64,000 nucleotides of DNA from Candidatus Omnitrophota bacterium (lineage in GTDB: Bacteria; Omnitrophota; Gorgyraeia; JABMRN01; RBG-13-46-9), in NCBI GenBank assembly GCA_013203315.1, contig JABMQJ010000007.1, positions 1-64,000 of the forward strand, given 5' to 3'. Positions within the stretch are counted from its first letter, which is position 1. Each line of letters opens with the position of its first letter. Both the position numbers and the translations under genes were made by a program. Under the pieces are notes generated by a model, which was not told the origin of the DNA, did not search any database, and saw nothing but the letters and a program-made list of their open reading frames with translations. Below are positions 1 through 9,223 of the stretch, piece after piece.

Positions 1-40
1 CCCCCCCCCAACAGGATCTATGTTCAGAAAAAATCACTTT

Positions 41-844
41 TTAAAACCTATTTTTCACTTTTTTACAATTTTCGACCGTAGTATTTAATCTATTATTGAA
101 AAACTCTTTGCGGGCCCTTTCAAAATCCTGAATAGTATCTATCTCAACCCAGCCCTTTTCGATAATTACACAGTTGATTTTCACGCCGTTATTTGCCATA
201 TCCTGAAAAATATCCGTGAGATAAGCCTTTTTAAATACAGGTGCTCTCTGAAACGGTTTTCCGCTGTAAATCTTTTTTAGCCTGTTAAAATACTGCATAA
301 AAATAGCAGCGCCTTTTTTCGAACATTTCATCATACCGATGAATTCCCCGTGAACGGCATTTTTATCTGGTAAAATCTTACCAATTTTAACTACATTATT
401 GTTTGCATCAAAAATAACGTTCTCCGCTTCCTCAATCGGATGATCCGTTCTGCCCTCATAGTATCCTCTCCAATCTATGTCAACCACTATTGAGATATCT
501 TCTTTGTTATCAAGTAATCGTTTCACAACATATTTGTTATATAAGATATCCGAGTAAACTGCTATGAATTCATCATTCATCTCTTTTTCTGCATAAAACA
601 AAGAATGAAGAATATTATTATTTTCGTAATTGTCATTGGTGTAATAAATTAAATCAGGATAGTTTATCATCTCTTTTTTGTAGCCCTTAATGAGTGCTAT
701 TCTGTCAATCCCGGCCCCCCTTATGGCATCAATCTGGTATTCAAGCAATGTTTTGCCTTTAAACTCCAGCATACACTTGGGTTTATCATTGGTTAGCGGA
801 TTTAAGCGCGAGCCCATGCCAGCTGCGATGATAATAGTTTTCAT
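41..844 (-). CDS. Phosphocholine/phosphonate cytidylyltransferase family NTP transferase (LicC/PntC-like)
   Basis: N-terminal IIIAAGMGSRL..LT.DKPKC nucleotidyltransferase motif, YSDILY, GEFIGM, C-terminal WVEIDT..D; 267 aa. Confidence 0.8.
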   Translation of the reverse strand: MKTIIIAAGMGSRLNPLTNDKPKCMLEFKGKTLLEYQIDAIRGAGIDRIALIKGYKKEMINYPDLIYYTNDNYENNNILHSLFYAEKEMNDEFIAVYSDILYNKYVVKRLLDNKEDISIVVDIDWRGYYEGRTDHPIEEAENVIFDANNNVVKIGKILPDKNAVHGEFIGMMKCSKKGAAIFMQYFNRLKKIYSGKPFQRAPVFKKAYLTDIFQDMANNGVKINCVIIEKGWVEIDTIQDFERARKEFFNNRLNTTVENCKKVKNRF

Positions 845-879
845 AAGTATTTTAGTTTCATTTTGTATGTTTTGCTCAT

Positions 880-2214
880 CTATTTTACTCTTAATAACGG
901 AGAAACATTCTCGGTTTTCAGACCTTTTTCGGCAAACCGATAATAAACAATTATCCGTTTAGCTGTATTGTAAAGCCAATTAAAAAGATTTAGTAGTCGT
1001 ATATTCCTGCATAGTTGCTTGGATATCCTTCGGTTTTTAATAAGTATGGTTTGAAAATTCGAATTGCCTTTGCAGGTCTGCTCATCCTTTCTTAATTCCT
1101 TTTTAGCATAAGAATCGAAGTTTTCAAAGCGCGGGTCGTCAACCTCTTCCTTTATCTTTTTTATCGTTTCCAGCCAAAAATTTAGGCTAAAAATAGATTT
1201 CAAAAGTTTCCATTCGGCTGCTGTAGGCAGCAAAAGTAAAAATAGAAGTTGGGTTTTTGTCAGTGGATTTTTTGTATCCGTTTCGTTAAGATAGCCTATC
1301 TTTTTCATTCTGTCATAGATAAGAGCGCTAAATATTCTCCAATCTTTTTTTTCCAGAAATCCGGAAGGATTATATATTTTCCAATTCGGGTTTGTTCCAT
1401 TTTTGAACGTTGTGGCACTATTGCCCCACCACAGCTTGCTATGCATAGTGCTCACCATTAAAGCATCGTGCCACTCTATGCCGATCCACTCGACGAATGC
1501 TTTCATGAGATTTTCGTGATTACGATTAAGGCTTTCAAGGGGCGAGATTTTTATGTCTAACCGGGGATAATGTTCCATAATTTCGCTGGTACAAAGCAGA
1601 ACCTGTCTTTGATGATGAAATGTTTCTCCGCAGGAAAGGGTGTTGCGCATTTTTTGTATATTCACACTTGATTTCATAGTTTCTACAGGATGGCGAATCG
1701 GAACAAGGAGGCGCACATTATTTGAAAAATCTGATAGGCACGCACTTAATTCGTCTTCGGATTCCATGGTATGAATGTGATATAAGATCAAGGCTCTCTC
1801 AGGCAATTTTCTACCGCACGTAACATGGTAAGCCTGGTGTAACAGAAGAAATAATGTAGCCCTTGTTATGGTTTCGCTTTGTAGCATTGCAAGGGCGTTT
1901 TGACGAAAATCGCGTTTATTAACTGAAAAACTTTCCTTTTTATCAGCGCCTAGTTGGTCTGCCCTATCAAACTTATTAATACGATACCAACATTCGCCAT
2001 TAAAAAAACGTGGGTGCATATCAACAAAAGCATCAACTGTATGGGCATGATTATCTTTTTTGTTCTTTACGCATTGCCAAAACTTATTAAAATGGAGAGT
2101 ACGCGGAAAACACATTATTTGGGGATGCCAGTCCAAGAGGCTGTGAAAAAGTTTCGAACCAGCGCGTCCGTGTGTCATCAAGCATAATATTTTCAAATTG
2201 TCATTTTTTTTCAT
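880..2214 (-). CDS. Sulfotransferase-like protein
   Basis: 5'-PSB-like loop THGRAGSKLFHSLLDWHPQI and 3'-PB-like IRHPVETMKS; E.L......MKAFVEWIGIEW segment typical of sulfotransferases. Confidence 0.65.
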   Translation of the reverse strand: MKKNDNLKILCLMTHGRAGSKLFHSLLDWHPQIMCFPRTLHFNKFWQCVKNKKDNHAHTVDAFVDMHPRFFNGECWYRINKFDRADQLGADKKESFSVNKRDFRQNALAMLQSETITRATLFLLLHQAYHVTCGRKLPERALILYHIHTMESEDELSACLSDFSNNVRLLVPIRHPVETMKSSVNIQKMRNTLSCGETFHHQRQVLLCTSEIMEHYPRLDIKISPLESLNRNHENLMKAFVEWIGIEWHDALMVSTMHSKLWWGNSATTFKNGTNPNWKIYNPSGFLEKKDWRIFSALIYDRMKKIGYLNETDTKNPLTKTQLLFLLLLPTAAEWKLLKSIFSLNFWLETIKKIKEEVDDPRFENFDSYAKKELRKDEQTCKGNSNFQTILIKNRRISKQLCRNIRLLNLFNWLYNTAKRIIVYYRFAEKGLKTENVSPLLRVK

Positions 2215-2255
2215 AACTTTTATTTCAAGAGCGGGTATATTTATAGCTATCCGGT

Positions 2256-2801
2256 CTATTTTAGAACTACTGTCTTTTCTTTAGACACGCTACGATTTAA
2301 TATGCCGTTTACCAGGCTTGAATTTAACAGGTTAAACGATGCTTTTGCTTTCGCGTGAAGGCCGTTTAATTTGTCCAGTCTTTGCTTGAATATCTTTACT
2401 TCCTCGGCCTCCCCTGATCCTTCAGAAACGACGGCTTCAAGAGCCCTCTTGGAGTAGTTTATCATTTTGTCTACGTCTGCAATGCTACGCTCGGCTATGG
2501 ACTTTATCCGGTCCATTATAACCCTGGAGATATTTTCCTCTGCCTCGTAATAGTCTTTTCTGGACCCTTTCACCCATATTTTCAAAACAACACCGTATCT
2601 TTCTAGCGCTCTTATGTTAACGCTTGCGCTACCTTTGCTAATCTTAAGCCGTTCAACCATGTCATCTAGGGATAATGGCTTCCCGCTTAGATAAAGTACC
2701 GCGTAAAGCTGGGCCATGATATTATTTAACCCGAATTTACGACATATCTTATTTATACCACTCAGAAAGACATCCTGCGCTTTTTCCAAACTTTTATTCA
2801 T
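2256..2801 (-). CDS. GbsR/MarR (MJ1563-like) winged-helix transcriptional regulator
   Basis: FGLNNIMAQLYAVLYLSGKPLSLDDMVERLKISKGSASVNIRALERYG...GSRKDYYEAE signature. Confidence 0.85.
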   Translation of the reverse strand: MNKSLEKAQDVFLSGINKICRKFGLNNIMAQLYAVLYLSGKPLSLDDMVERLKISKGSASVNIRALERYGVVLKIWVKGSRKDYYEAEENISRVIMDRIKSIAERSIADVDKMINYSKRALEAVVSEGSGEAEEVKIFKQRLDKLNGLHAKAKASFNLLNSSLVNGILNRSVSKEKTVVLK

Positions 2802-2920
2802 AACCTTCTCCCGTGTTAACAGTCACTGTTTTTCTACTCTAAAAACCCGTGTCTTCAGACACTTACAACTAATTCAAATCTGTGGTGGCAAGGTGAGCTC
2901 CCCTTCTTCTTTAAACCTCA

Positions 2921-3799
2921 TTAGCCTGGTTTCCTATCTAATTTCGCTATCACAGTAAAATAATCCGAGGTTTCTGTATATGCTAAAATATTTTTAATAA
3001 CATAATCCATGAACCTAAACAGCAGCGGAAATTTTGGATAACCCGACAGAAAGAAATATTGAAAAAATGACATTTTTCTAAAGATTACTTTTTTAATTTT
3101 AAATCCTTCCATATGCAATATCTTACACAGGCTTTCCTTTGTAAAATATGAACTTATTGAAAATGCATTTAAACGCCCGGGAGACGCACTTCTCACCGTC
3201 TGCTGAACTATAGAATTGAAATTCATTTGGGAAGTTATAAGCAATCCGTTATCTTTAAGTAATTTGCGAATTTTTAAAATAGCTTCTTTTATTGAGAAAA
3301 GATGCATGAGGACCTGGGATAGAATTATTACATCGTATTTTTCGTCTATTTCAACATCTTCGAAAGCGCCTTCATATACCTTAAAACCTTTACTCCTCAG
3401 ATATTCTGCCCTTCCGTGGTTTACTTCCGCAGCATCAACTTCACATCCCCTTTTTTTTAGATAATTTCCAGCTTCGCCGTGCCCCGCGCCAACATCTAAT
3501 ATTTTGCTATTTGGTCCTATATACTTCAAAAATTTATACACTTTCGGCATTATTGCTTTTTGTTTTACCGCACCTACCATAAGTAAGAAATACTGTCGCA
3601 ATGTTTCTTTTGTAACCCTCGGAAATGGGTATATAAGAGAACAATGCGAACATTTTTTGAAATCATAAAAAAATGCTCTAGCTGTCTGCGGACTATCCAT
3701 GATCTCCCCATCAGTTTTATCACAATATGGGCAGCCCTTATAAGTTAATTTATCAATGCTATTCATTTCGTACAAAAATACTTCTTTTGCTTTATTCAT
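2921..3799 (-). CDS. Class I SAM-dependent methyltransferase with N-terminal CxxC..CxxC Zn ribbon
   Basis: CPYC/CSHC pairs; ILDVGAGHG motif I; YDVIILSQVLMHL. Confidence 0.85.
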   Translation of the reverse strand: MNKAKEVFLYEMNSIDKLTYKGCPYCDKTDGEIMDSPQTARAFFYDFKKCSHCSLIYPFPRVTKETLRQYFLLMVGAVKQKAIMPKVYKFLKYIGPNSKILDVGAGHGEAGNYLKKRGCEVDAAEVNHGRAEYLRSKGFKVYEGAFEDVEIDEKYDVIILSQVLMHLFSIKEAILKIRKLLKDNGLLITSQMNFNSIVQQTVRSASPGRLNAFSISSYFTKESLCKILHMEGFKIKKVIFRKMSFFQYFFLSGYPKFPLLFRFMDYVIKNILAYTETSDYFTVIAKLDRKPG

Positions 3800-3870
3800 T
3801 TTTTATTGCTCCTGTTTTTCAAAAAGAATCGCCTTACCCGGGTGTTCCACTTGTTTGTATACTTTACAGC

Positions 3871-3906
3871 TTATTCTTTGTTTAGAACGTTCTAAACAAA
3901 GAATAA
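3871..3906. promoter_or_regulatory. Perfect 36-bp palindrome, candidate repressor operator
   Basis: TTATTCTTTGTTTAGAAC|GTTCTAAACAAAGAATAA; 18-bp arms with no spacer; overlaps the predicted -10 box. Confidence 0.75.
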
Positions 3907-3929
3907 CATAGCCCCCCCATATGTGTCAA
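3900..3929 (-). promoter_or_regulatory. Sigma70-type promoter for the methyltransferase-gbsR-sulfotransferase-licC block
   Basis: TTGACA (3929-3924), 18-nt spacer containing G7, extended TGn-TATTCT (3905-3900). Confidence 0.55.
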
Positions 3930-4051
3930 GTATTATCTCGCTTCTACTTCGCCTTAGCGGAAACTCATAGAAGCCATGCTTTGTGGAGATTAAACAAGAA
4001 ATGGCGAGCTTTTTGTGGTATTCTTGAGGATTTTCGTGAAGAAAATAAGGC

Positions 4052-5602
4052 TTATAACGCGTACTCTAACCTTGGCATAAGCTTCAAAATTAGGCCCCTT
4101 ACCCTATCGTTCTTGATAATCTGCACCCAGTGGCGTTTTTCCGCGGGTAAAGAGTCTATAAACTTGTTTATTTCCCCGGCAGCTACCCTAAAAAGGGTAT
4201 TATTGTCAGAATCATAGACAACTATATACCGGTCTACCTTCTTTTTCCACTTGTATTTCGTATCCACTAAATACCCGTCTTCATATTTGTGCCTTTTATT
4301 GATCGGTTCCGCAGTTTTTACGCTATTTTCAGTTAAAAAATTCAATAGTGGATCTACGGCCATGTTTTCCGAAAAAAATTCAATATGGCTTATGGGGCCG
4401 TATTTTGAGTATTGATTCCCCGCAACGTAGACTATCCTTTTATCTTTATAATTTTTGAGACTTTGATTATTTTTTATGGTTTCTATAACCCTTTGCTGCT
4501 CAGTATTCCATTCTTTCCAATGGTCCGAGATGCCCAAAATTGAGAATATTATAAGGGCGAAAAGAGCGGTTTTCCATTTGCGGGATAGGGGCATTAAAAC
4601 AATAAGGTACGTCAATAATAATGAGCCAAAAATAGTAACTCTATTACCCAGGTTAAAGGCAAGTTGGGGATAGAAACCGGTAACGGCGAACATTGCGAAA
4701 GACAGGCCCGTTAAAGCCGTTAGTCCCAACACAAGATTTCTATTGTATTTTTCCGTACGTTTTTCATATGTTTTGTAGAAGACAACTACAAGAAGGACTC
4801 CGATTATAAGTGAGGTGATCGTCAATTGCGAAAATGAATAGTAGATCTTTAGCCACATCGAAGGGCCAATCATGGAATCGGTAAACGTTACAATTTGAAG
4901 AATAAACTGTCTGGCTATGACCGGTATATTAATTTCGAGCGGAATTCTATTTGTGCCCGTTTTAAGAACCTGTGTAAGAAAAACATAATAAACTGAATAT
5001 ATCACATTGGGAATAAGTAAAACCAGCCCTTTCTTAAGTTTTTTATCAAGCAGAAAAACAAGGAATAACGAAAGGGCGATTACAGGTGACCCGTAAGAAA
5101 CAAAAGATGCTGCCAGGGCCATTAGTAAAGCGCCCCAAAAGCGATTGCGATATGCCAGGTAATAAGCATATAGGTAAAAAGCCATTGATAGGGTAAGATA
5201 CTGCCCCAGGAACCAGTAAGTGGTTGAGTCATGTGAAGGGAAAAATAGAAAAAGAAACGAAGCTATATACGCATTTATTTGATTGAGATATAAACTGAAA
5301 AATTTTGTTACAAAATAAAAAGAAAGAGCGATGTAGAAAATTTTTAGGATTTCCGCAACAATAAAATTATCGAGTCGAAAAAGCGGATACCAGATAAAGT
5401 GGGTAAAATTTTCAAATGGCGTGGTAAAACATTTGACTTCAAACAAAAGCATTTTTATAAAACTTTTGTTTTTTAAAACAACAGTGTAGGTGAAATCGTC
5501 GGATACTATCCCTGTATTAATTAAAAGATAAGCAATTAGGGCAAGAAACGAAAAAAACCATATCTTTTTCTTCGTTTGGTTTACTACGTGCATGTTCTCC
5601 AT
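4052..5602 (-). CDS. Polytopic membrane protein, GT-C-like glycosyltransferase
   Basis: About 10 hydrophobic helices, acidic SDD motif after first helix, soluble C-terminal domain. Confidence 0.55.
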   Translation of the reverse strand: MENMHVVNQTKKKIWFFSFLALIAYLLINTGIVSDDFTYTVVLKNKSFIKMLLFEVKCFTTPFENFTHFIWYPLFRLDNFIVAEILKIFYIALSFYFVTKFFSLYLNQINAYIASFLFLFFPSHDSTTYWFLGQYLTLSMAFYLYAYYLAYRNRFWGALLMALAASFVSYGSPVIALSLFLVFLLDKKLKKGLVLLIPNVIYSVYYVFLTQVLKTGTNRIPLEINIPVIARQFILQIVTFTDSMIGPSMWLKIYYSFSQLTITSLIIGVLLVVVFYKTYEKRTEKYNRNLVLGLTALTGLSFAMFAVTGFYPQLAFNLGNRVTIFGSLLLTYLIVLMPLSRKWKTALFALIIFSILGISDHWKEWNTEQQRVIETIKNNQSLKNYKDKRIVYVAGNQYSKYGPISHIEFFSENMAVDPLLNFLTENSVKTAEPINKRHKYEDGYLVDTKYKWKKKVDRYIVVYDSDNNTLFRVAAGEINKFIDSLPAEKRHWVQIIKNDRVRGLILKLMPRLEYAL

Positions 5603-6397
5603 CTAACTACTTACCCTACCGACGGCGATTATAGAACTCCCGAAAGGGAAACTCAGGAACTTACCTATGAATAGCTCTACTTTGCCGATCAGTGTAAACA
5701 AAGCATTAAAAAATGTATTAATCTTGAATTCTCTTTTGATAAACTCCTCGCTATAAGCGTTTTCCGCAAATTTAGGGGTTGCCCGTACTATTCTTCTTCT
5801 CAAAAACAAAAAAATACTTGTAAGAAAAAAGAAATATCTTATAAAAATACATTCCAGGCCCGAGGCCTGTATTTCCCTTTTTAGCGTATCCCTACTGTAT
5901 CGCCGTTTATGGCCGCTTATAGCGTCGTATTCCGACCATAGCTTTGCCAGCGCCGGAACTGTAATAATAATTATTCCTTTTTTTTTGCAAAAATATTTTG
6001 CGTTTCGCATAGCAAGAACCGGGTCGTTCAAATGCTCAACTATGTCTGCTAAAATTATTACCTCGTATTTTTCTTTTAAATCTTTTACTTCGGTTTTTCT
6101 GGGATCAACCCCTAGGTCATACTTAAAGACCTTTCCGGCGCGCTCGGAGATATACGAAAGTGATTCACTGTAGATATCGGATCCGTCCACGTCGAGATTT
6201 TTTGCGGAAAGAAAGGAGAGCACGTTTCCCGAGCCGGCCCCCAGCTCCAATATTTTAGGGTTTTTTTTGCGGCAGAATTGAGTTATGGTGCGATAAATTA
6301 TCTCATTCCTGTGGGAATACCAGAAGTGCTTGCGGGAATAAGCCAAGCTTTTTAAGAATTCCTTGTTATAATCACTTATCCCCATTTTTTCTTTCAA
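5603..6397 (-). CDS. Class I SAM-dependent methyltransferase
   Basis: HFWYSHR; ILELGAGSG; DIVEHL; ITVPA..LWSEYD..SGHKRRY typical of glycan-locus methyltransferases; alternative ATG at 6385. Confidence 0.85.
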   Translation of the reverse strand: MKEKMGISDYNKEFLKSLAYSRKHFWYSHRNEIIYRTITQFCRKKNPKILELGAGSGNVLSFLSAKNLDVDGSDIYSESLSYISERAGKVFKYDLGVDPRKTEVKDLKEKYEVIILADIVEHLNDPVLAMRNAKYFCKKKGIIIITVPALAKLWSEYDAISGHKRRYSRDTLKREIQASGLECIFIRYFFFLTSIFLFLRRRIVRATPKFAENAYSEEFIKREFKINTFFNALFTLIGKVELFIGKFLSFPFGSSIIAVGRVSS

Positions 6398-7319
6398 ATT
6401 TTTCTTTTATTATATACAGCGGTCTCTTCCTTGTTTCTATGGACATTCTGACCAAATATTCACTGACAACGCCGATAAAAAATGTCGTGACCCCGGAAAG
6501 AAACAATAAAATCGCTACAAATGTGGTAAGCGGGCTGGGTGTGCCGAAGAAAAACCTAAAGGACAAAAGATACCCGGTCAATAAAACGCTTATAATCAAG
6601 AATACCGCACCCACTATGCTTATCAGCTGAATGGGCACAAGCGTGTATGCGGTGATGAGGTCAAAGGCTTGGCGCAGAAAACTTAATAAATTATATTTTG
6701 ATTTTCCGTATTTTCTGGGATTGTCTTTTACCGGTACTTCTATTACGCTGCCGGTAAGCCAACTTGCAAAAGCCGGTATGTACACGCATTTTTCTCCATA
6801 TTGCAACAGATAATTTATTATGCTCCTTTTATAGGCCCGTAGCATACACCCGTAGTCCTTTAATTTCACGCCGGTTAGTTTTGAAATTATAATGTTCATG
6901 ACAGCTGAGGAAAACTTTCGGAGTATGCCCTCTTTTCGGCCCATACGCCTTCCTGCAACAACATCGAAGCCCTCTTCGATTTTCTCTAAAAGTTTTGGTA
7001 TTTCGCCCGGAGGATTTTGGAGATCAGCGTCGAGCGTGACAACTACTTCGCCTTCGGAAGAGTTAAATCCGGCCATTACTGCGGCATGCTGACCGAAGTT
7101 TCTGCAAAATGAGATAATTTTTACGTTTTGTCCGGTGTTTTTAAACCCTTCCAGTATCTCGAGGCTCTTATCCTTGCTGCCGTCATCGACAAAGATGATC
7201 TCATAGCTTTTGCCGATACCCTTAAGAACCGAACTCAGTTCACTATATAACTCTCGCAAGCCGTCTTCCTCGTTAAAGACGGGAACAACTATTGAAACGT
7301 ATGCACCCTTATTCATCAC
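6372..7319 (-). CDS. arnC: GT2 polyprenyl-phosphate glycosyltransferase, ArnC/GtrB-like
   Basis: SIVVPVFNEE, VDDGSKD, RNFGQHAAVMAGF, DADLQNPP, DYGCMLRAY, two C-terminal TM helices; next to ArnA-type gene. Confidence 0.75.
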   Translation of the reverse strand: MMNKGAYVSIVVPVFNEEDGLRELYSELSSVLKGIGKSYEIIFVDDGSKDKSLEILEGFKNTGQNVKIISFCRNFGQHAAVMAGFNSSEGEVVVTLDADLQNPPGEIPKLLEKIEEGFDVVAGRRMGRKEGILRKFSSAVMNIIISKLTGVKLKDYGCMLRAYKRSIINYLLQYGEKCVYIPAFASWLTGSVIEVPVKDNPRKYGKSKYNLLSFLRQAFDLITAYTLVPIQLISIVGAVFLIISVLLTGYLLSFRFFFGTPSPLTTFVAILLFLSGVTTFFIGVVSEYLVRMSIETRKRPLYIIKEKFERKNGDK

Positions 7320-8371
7320 TTATTCACTACCTTTCTTGAAAATTTATTGTCAGCAAGATAATAGTCAATGGTTTTACGGAGGGCTGCATCCAGGCCTATC
7401 AGGGGTTCCCAGCCCAGAACGTCCCGAGCCTTTTTGATAGACGGGACCCTGAAAGACACATCCTGATAACCTTCCCCGTAAAAAATCTTTTCGCTGACAT
7501 CTTCTATGTCGATTTTTTTGATCAGATTTGTTGATTTTATAATCGGATGTTTATAAAATATTTTCCGAACTCTGGAGGCCAACTCTCTTATGGTAACGTT
7601 ATTTTTCGGATTTCCGATATTAAAAATCATTCCGTTCGTTACTCCGCTCTTATCTCCGATAATTTTCGTTAAACATTTAATGCCGTCATCAATATAAAGA
7701 AAACATCTTTTCTGATGCCCACCATTAACCAGTTTCATGGGCTCGTTTTTTAAGACATTCCCTATGAATTGTGTGAGGACCCTTGAGCCGCCCTCTTTGG
7801 TTGTGTAAATATCATCGAGTTTCGGCCCTATCCAGTTATACGGTCTGAAAATTGTAAATTTAAAATCTTTTTCGAATCCATAGGCCCACATGACTCTATC
7901 CAGCAATTGTTTACAGCAGCTGTAAATCCATCTCTGCTTATTGGTAGGGCCCAGTATGAAGTTGCTTTTATCCTCATCAAAGGCCTCATCGGTGCACATA
8001 CCGTAAACCTCAGACGTAGAGGGAAAAACAACCCTTGTCTTGTATTTAACTGCTTTTTTGATAATTTCCAGGTTTGTCTCAAAATCCAGTTCAAAGACCT
8101 TTAACGGATTTTTTATATAAGTCGCGGGCGTGGCGATGGCCACCAGCGGCAAAACTACGTCACATTCTTTTATGTTATGTTCTATCCACTCCTTATCTTT
8201 ATCTACGGTAACGTCCCCTTTTACGAAATTAAATCGCGGATTGTCGACTATATCGCTTATTTTATTACTTTCGACGTCAAGCCCGTAGACTTCCCAATCT
8301 GTGGTTTTTAATATATTTTCCGAAAGATGACTTCCTATAAAACCGTTAACGCCTAAAATTAGTACCTTCAT
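7316..8371 (-). CDS. Stand-alone ArnA-type UDP-glucuronate oxidase/decarboxylase (UDP-4-keto-pentose/UDP-xylose synthase family)
   Basis: LILGVNGFIG, PLVAIATPATY, FELDFETNL, STSEVYG, RWIYSCCKQLLDRV, YGEGYQDVSFRVPSI; no formyltransferase domain. Confidence 0.9.
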   Translation of the reverse strand: MKVLILGVNGFIGSHLSENILKTTDWEVYGLDVESNKISDIVDNPRFNFVKGDVTVDKDKEWIEHNIKECDVVLPLVAIATPATYIKNPLKVFELDFETNLEIIKKAVKYKTRVVFPSTSEVYGMCTDEAFDEDKSNFILGPTNKQRWIYSCCKQLLDRVMWAYGFEKDFKFTIFRPYNWIGPKLDDIYTTKEGGSRVLTQFIGNVLKNEPMKLVNGGHQKRCFLYIDDGIKCLTKIIGDKSGVTNGMIFNIGNPKNNVTIRELASRVRKIFYKHPIIKSTNLIKKIDIEDVSEKIFYGEGYQDVSFRVPSIKKARDVLGWEPLIGLDAALRKTIDYYLADNKFSRKVVNK

Positions 8372-8392
8372 TGGTTTTTATTATACCTTTTT

Positions 8393-9223
8393 CTACGCAA
8401 CATTTGAAGCATAAAAATTAAAAGATCCCAGCCAATCATAACAGCCTAGCAATTTCTTTTCAAATTTAATCGGAGAATCGTCAAAACCGGTTATTTCCGT
8501 TCGTTTCAGGGTAAAAATATCCGCATTTTTATCGTTTATACCGTTTACACTTGAACACGCACAGAGAAAACCCTCTTGCTTTAAAATGTTTTTTGTCTCG
8601 TTTGTGTATTTGCCATGCGGAAAGCTAAACGCATAAATTTTATCATGTATATTCTTTTCGATTGTTTCCCTGGATCCTGCTATTTCCCCTATCAATGCTT
8701 CTCTATCGATTTCAGTGAGCCTTTTATGCGTTAGTGCATGGGAACCGATCGAAAAACCGGCCTGACCAAGTTTGATAAGATCTCCCCAATCAAGTGTCTG
8801 CCAACTATGCCAATAGACGTGTTTCGGCAGTTTTTGTTCCAGAAAATATATGTTTACAAAAAGCGTGGCTTTAAAATCGAATTTCTTTACTATTGGCATA
8901 GCATTCGTCAGGATACTTTTATACCCATCGTCAAATGTAATCACTATGGATCTTTTAGGCGGGGCTATGCCCTTTCTGAGGCTCTCTGCCAAATCAAGAA
9001 GCCCTATTACACAAAAGCCCTCTTCCTTTAAATATCTCATGTGCATTTCGAATACTGACGGCAAAACAGCAAGCCCCATAAGGTCTTTTGAAGGGTCAGA
9101 ACTTTCTATCGCATGATATGCAAGGATGCGACAACTTTCTTTGTCTAATATTTTTGATTTCGCAATTCGTCGTCGGGCAAAAATAATGTTTGAGGCTATA
9201 TTTTTGGAAATTCTTTTAATCAT
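8393..9223 (-). CDS. Polysaccharide deacetylase (CE4/NodB)
   Basis: ILAYH, ITFDDGY, GSHALTH, FSFPHG motifs. Confidence 0.9.
   Translation of the reverse strand: MIKRISKNIASNIIFARRRIAKSKILDKESCRILAYHAIESSDPSKDLMGLAVLPSVFEMHMRYLKEEGFCVIGLLDLAESLRKGIAPPKRSIVITFDDGYKSILTNAMPIVKKFDFKATLFVNIYFLEQKLPKHVYWHSWQTLDWGDLIKLGQAGFSIGSHALTHKRLTEIDREALIGEIAGSRETIEKNIHDKIYAFSFPHGKYTNETKNILKQEGFLCACSSVNGINDKNADIFTLKRTEITGFDDSPIKFEKKLLGCYDWLGSFNFYASNVA

Noticed and set aside
2256-2801. Choline sensing by the GbsR-like regulator, given the nearby LicC-like gene
   Set aside because: The segment after the wing (AEENISRVIMDRIK) lacks the aromatic cluster used for choline binding in Bacillus GbsR
3921-4217. 98-aa plus-strand ORF in the intergenic region
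   Set aside because: More than half overlaps CDS 4052-5602 antisense; no RBS or motif
5978-5986. A9 coding-strand run in the methyltransferase as a phase-variation tract
   Set aside because: A/T runs encoding Lys are frequent throughout this AT-rich window and the frame is intact
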